From an uncultured bacterium (lineage in GTDB: Bacteria > Desulfobacterota > Desulfovibrionia > Desulfovibrionales > Desulfovibrionaceae), in the NCBI GenBank assembly GCA_905214305.1, contig CAJMLK010000002.1, forward strand, positions 17,163-81,162: 64,000 nucleotides of DNA. Reading direction: 5' to 3'. The notes beneath the pieces were generated by a model that did not search any database, was not told the DNA's origin, and saw nothing but the letters and a program-made list of their open reading frames with translations. The position numbers and the translations under genes were made by a program. Shown in pieces: positions 61,159 to 64,000 of this stretch. Numbering within the stretch: position 1 is the first letter of the stretch; each line of letters opens with the position of its first letter.

Positions 61159-61818
61159 ATGGCTGAAAAAAAGCTGGAAATAGGCGTTATAGGTCTTGGC
61201 AAGTTTGGCCTGCGCATGGCGACCACCCTTGTTTCGCTGGGGCACACGGTGGTGGGCATTGATATGTCCGATGCGCGGGTGCAGCGGGCCGAGGATGCGC
61301 TGGAGTCTGTTTACAAGGCCGATGCCACCAATATCGCCGTGCTGCGTTCACTGCATGTGCAGGATCTGGACTGGGTGGTCATCAGCGTTGGAGAAAGCGT
61401 GGAGCAATCGCTCAGCATCACTCTCAACGTGCAGGAGCTGGGTGGCCCCAAGATATGGGTCAAGGCGTCCAATGAGGAACACCGCAAGATTTTGCAGCGC
61501 CTGCGCGTCAACCGCGCTCTGGTTCCCGAGATGGAAGCCGCCGTCATGGCCGCCCATCAGCTGACCTATCCGGGCATGCTGGACCTTATCCCCAAATACG
61601 GCGGCATCGCCATTCAGGAACTGAAGGTGGACGAATGGCACGGCAAAACGCTGGTCGAGCTTAATCTCATGCAGCGTTTCAATATTATGGTGCTGGGCAT
61701 TCGCCCCGTGGGGGAGCACTCTTTCAACTTTGTTCCCCCGGCCATGACCGTGCTGAATAAGGGCGATACCATCGTGGTGGCCGGCAGGGCCAATTCCATG
61801 AAAGACCTGAACCCCTAG
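61159..61818 (+). CDS. trkA: potassium uptake protein TrkA/KtrA (RCK N- and C-domains)
   Basis: Rossmann motif IGVIGLGKFG and a C-terminal TrkA_C domain. Start MAEKKLEIG. Stop TAG embedded in a diverged MITE copy. Confidence 0.8.
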   Translation: MAEKKLEIGVIGLGKFGLRMATTLVSLGHTVVGIDMSDARVQRAEDALESVYKADATNIAVLRSLHVQDLDWVVISVGESVEQSLSITLNVQELGGPKIWVKASNEEHRKILQRLRVNRALVPEMEAAVMAAHQLTYPGMLDLIPKYGGIAIQELKVDEWHGKTLVELNLMQRFNIMVLGIRPVGEHSFNFVPPAMTVLNKGDTIVVAGRANSMKDLNP

Positions 61819-61935
61819 AGCTTTTGACACTTGCAATGCGAGCAGGCGGGCTTTTGCCTGCCTGCCTGTAGCTCATGGCGGGGATTTTTCTGAAAATTCC
61901 TGCAAACAGGCAAGCCGTTTCACGCGTAAACACCC
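61805..61935. repeat. diverged copy of the ~125-bp element
   Basis: ctagagcttttgacacttgcaatgcgagcaggcgggcttttgcctgcctgcc...gggatttttctgaaaattcctgcaaacagg parallels ctagagcatttaacacttgaaatgctcgc..aggcaaaagcctgcc...aaggattttcaagaaaatccctgca. Confidence 0.6.
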
Positions 61936-62009
61936 GTGGAGCACGGTGAACCTGGAGAACATGCATTCTCGACGCGAATCTGGTCTAAATCTGCATTGGC
62001 AATGAGGCG

Positions 62010-63128
62010 TTAGCCGTCGTCCTGTGCGGAATCATCGCCGGGCAAGGCCCACCAGGGCAAACTGCGCCATGCCCGATCCAGAGCCTTTTCGCACTGGGGC
62101 CAGTCCGGGGAATAGCGGGCAAGCTCCGCCCTGTAGGCCTGGGAGTGATTCATGTGGCGCAGATGGCACAGCTCATGCCAGCACAGGTGCTCCAGAAGGG
62201 GAATCGGCAGCAGCAGGGCGCGCCAGTTGAGGCTTATGCGCCCCGCAGGGCCAGCCGCGCAGGACGCGGGCGGCTCTGCGGCGTCATGCGACGCGGATTT
62301 TGTCCCTGTCGGGGGCGTCCCGGAAAACAGCCGGAAAAATGTGTCCATCCAGCGGCCCGTTCTGCCGGTAACCGGCATGACCGCAGTTCTTTGCCTGCCG
62401 CGTTCCGCCTGTGGCAAGAAGACTCCGTTTTGTCCGGCGTTTTTCCCTTCTCCGGGGACATCGCCTGCATCCCCTTTGGCGCGGCGCGCCCGCGCGCAAC
62501 TGCCCCAACGCGAACGCTGATCCCGCACGCTGACTTTCTCAAGAACAAAACCGCCCTGGCGCGCCAGATCCTCAAGATAGGGGGGCAGCAGGGCCTTCGC
62601 CATGTTGCGGCACCATTGGCGCAGCGCTCGCGCGCACAGCACCGTATCATCGGCTGGGCCGAAAAAACGTAACAGGCCGGGGTTTTGTACCAGCAAAAGC
62701 CGGTTCGGCCCCGAACGCACCAGAAGCGGGACACTTTGCTCCTGATGCTGCGCCGCAGCCAGTCTGCCTGCGGCAAGGTCGCCGCCGTGACACACCTGAA
62801 ACGACATGCCGGTCAGGGGCAGATCGATGTCTTGGGGCAACTGCTCCTGCGGGGCGGCGGACTGATGCCTTTTCCAGGCGCGCTCCAGCCACGGCAAAAA
62901 TTGCGGCAGGCTCTGTTCCAGAAGAACAAGGGGCGTGCCTTCGGGGACAGTGAGGGTCAGTTGTCCGCGCTGGTCAAGGGTCAGGCGTGTGCGGCGCGCC
63001 CGCGCCGACGGCCGCACCCTGGCGCACAGCCGTGCTCCCCCGGACAGGGTCAGCTGGATGTGCTCCGGCAGGGGAGGGAAGGCGCCCTGACGTTTGCGGC
63101 GCTGTGATGCGGTCTTTTTTTCAGGCAT
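62010..63128 (-). CDS. YgjP/DUF45-like M48-family metal-dependent hydrolase
   Basis: C-terminal HEXXH in LLEHLCWHELCHLRHMNHSQ typical of DUF45/YgjP. Start placed at MPEKKT at ~63128. The 150 codons upstream in the same frame are Arg/Cys-rich and judged non-coding. Confidence 0.5.
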   Translation of the reverse strand: MPEKKTASQRRKRQGAFPPLPEHIQLTLSGGARLCARVRPSARARRTRLTLDQRGQLTLTVPEGTPLVLLEQSLPQFLPWLERAWKRHQSAAPQEQLPQDIDLPLTGMSFQVCHGGDLAAGRLAAAQHQEQSVPLLVRSGPNRLLLVQNPGLLRFFGPADDTVLCARALRQWCRNMAKALLPPYLEDLARQGGFVLEKVSVRDQRSRWGSCARARRAKGDAGDVPGEGKNAGQNGVFLPQAERGRQRTAVMPVTGRTGRWMDTFFRLFSGTPPTGTKSASHDAAEPPASCAAGPAGRISLNWRALLLPIPLLEHLCWHELCHLRHMNHSQAYRAELARYSPDWPQCEKALDRAWRSLPWWALPGDDSAQDDG

Positions 63129-63298
63129 GGGCCGAGGCTGCCACAGGGGACAAGCCCTTGTAAAGGGCCGATAACGCATCTTTGGCCGACCGCAGGGCAG
63201 ATTTTTCCTGATACGGGCTGGCATGGCTTTTGCTGCTTTTTCGGGCACGAGCGGTAGGAATTGTTTTCCAACCGGTGCAAGGCATCGAAGGAGCAGAC

Positions 63299-63781
63299 AT
63301 GAGCGTGTCCGGCACATATGGCGTTGGCGGAATTTCCGGCGTGGAAGGGATATGGGATATGGGCGGCAGGGCAAGAAATGCCGCCACTTCCGGCAAGGGC
63401 GATTCCGGCGACACCGTGAGCATTTCCGATGAGGCCAAAGAACTCTTGCGCAAAAAGCTGGGCCGCTATTCGGCTTCTGGCAAGACATCAGAGGCAGGGA
63501 CCGGGCAGAGCGCTTCCGGCAGTTCCGTGGCCGGGCTTTCCGGCAACAGTGGCGAAGACAGGACTTCGGGGGCAGGGGGGACATCAGGTGGTCTGAGTGG
63601 TCCCAGCTCTGTTGACGACATAAAGAAACAGATTGAATCCCTCAAAAGCCAGCTGACCAGCCTTGCCAGTCAGGCCAGTGGACGGGGAGCCGATACGGCG
63701 TTGCAAAGCAAGATAAACGCGCTTCAGGCGCAGATTGCGGCTCTTGAGGCGCAGCTTGCCGAGGCCGAGCAGGCCTCATAG
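63299..63781 (+). CDS. Gly/Ser-rich coiled-coil protein (FlxA-like)
   Basis: AAGGAG RBS before ATG. Gly/Ser-rich N-terminal part, then IKKQIESLKSQLTSLASQ...INALQAQIAALEAQLAEAEQ, reminiscent of the FlxA-like family. Confidence 0.4.
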   Translation: MSVSGTYGVGGISGVEGIWDMGGRARNAATSGKGDSGDTVSISDEAKELLRKKLGRYSASGKTSEAGTGQSASGSSVAGLSGNSGEDRTSGAGGTSGGLSGPSSVDDIKKQIESLKSQLTSLASQASGRGADTALQSKINALQAQIAALEAQLAEAEQAS

Positions 63782-63912
63782 GCTATTGACAGTAACAAAT
63801 ATCAATTATATGAAAGTGCCTTGGGGGATGGCGGACGCTGTCCCTTTTTATTTCGTTTTGCCCAGACACCTTAATATACAGCATGCCCTGCATGCGAAAG
63901 AGAGGTTTTGCC

Positions 63913-64000
63913 ATGAAATCGTTAAAGGGAACCCAGACCGAAAAGAATATTCTGACTGCCTTTGCCGGTGAGTCGCAGGCCCGTAACCGCTATGACTTTT
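63913..64000 (+). CDS. rbr: rubrerythrin (3' truncated by window edge)
   Basis: MKSLKGTQTEKNILTAFAGESQARNRY is the canonical rubrerythrin N-terminus. Confidence 0.8.
   Translation, partial: MKSLKGTQTEKNILTAFAGESQARNRYDF

Noticed and set aside
63129-63584. Extra 150 N-terminal codons of the YgjP-like ORF (track start 63584)
   Set aside because: Extremely Arg/Cys/Pro-rich (MSPLPPKSCLRHCCRKARPRNCRK…), typical of a non-coding GC-rich frame. A plausible start with a conserved YgjP-like N-terminus exists at ~63128. The upstream stretch overlaps the promoter region of the divergent FlxA-like gene.

Overview
High-GC (about 62% by eye) chromosomal segment typical of a Desulfovibrio-like sulfate reducer, densely packed with about 45 housekeeping and envelope genes on both strands. 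Protein identities were inferred from motifs in the supplied six-frame translations; no database search was possible.

Genes supported by the sequence:
- A 5'-truncated giant repeat protein (2-4618).
- purC, uvrC, uvrA, trpB and a ThyX-like gene.
- A Desulfovibrio-type outer-membrane porin and an O-antigen ligase.
- A polar amino-acid ABC transporter with two tandem substrate-binding paralogs, a permease and an ATPase.
- mnmA; a divergent ahpC/perR pair; fabZ-skp and bamA-lolD-lolCE-lysS clusters; an amiC-like amidase; mltA.
- An ACT-domain/UPF0210 pair, thiC preceded by a TPP riboswitch, trkH-trkA, a TauE/DUF486 pair, and the start of a rubrerythrin gene.

The most unusual feature is a dense population of MITE-like intergenic repeats. 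They are bounded by inverted termini CTAGAGCA...TGCTCT(A/G)G and sit almost always directly on gene stop codons. This includes a roughly 125-bp element present as near-identical direct copies flanking the thiC-trkH pair.

Other items worth follow-up:
- The giant roughly 30-aa-repeat protein with an acidic disordered tail.
- A four-gene minus-strand operon built around an extended, Cys-rich GT9 glycosyltransferase.
- A zinc-ribbon / His-Asp repeat / Yip1 fusion protein.
- An orphan FeoB-associated Cys-rich mini-protein with its own sigma-70-like promoter.
- A proline-rich tandem-repeat insertion in UvrC.
- A strong orphan terminator hairpin (candidate sRNA) in the lysS-lolC gap.

Coordinates are 1-based in this window. 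CDS starts were anchored on the supplied ORF-track coordinates; hand-indexed intergenic coordinates may be off by a few bases. Many long antisense ORFs are GC-driven shadows of real genes and were rejected.
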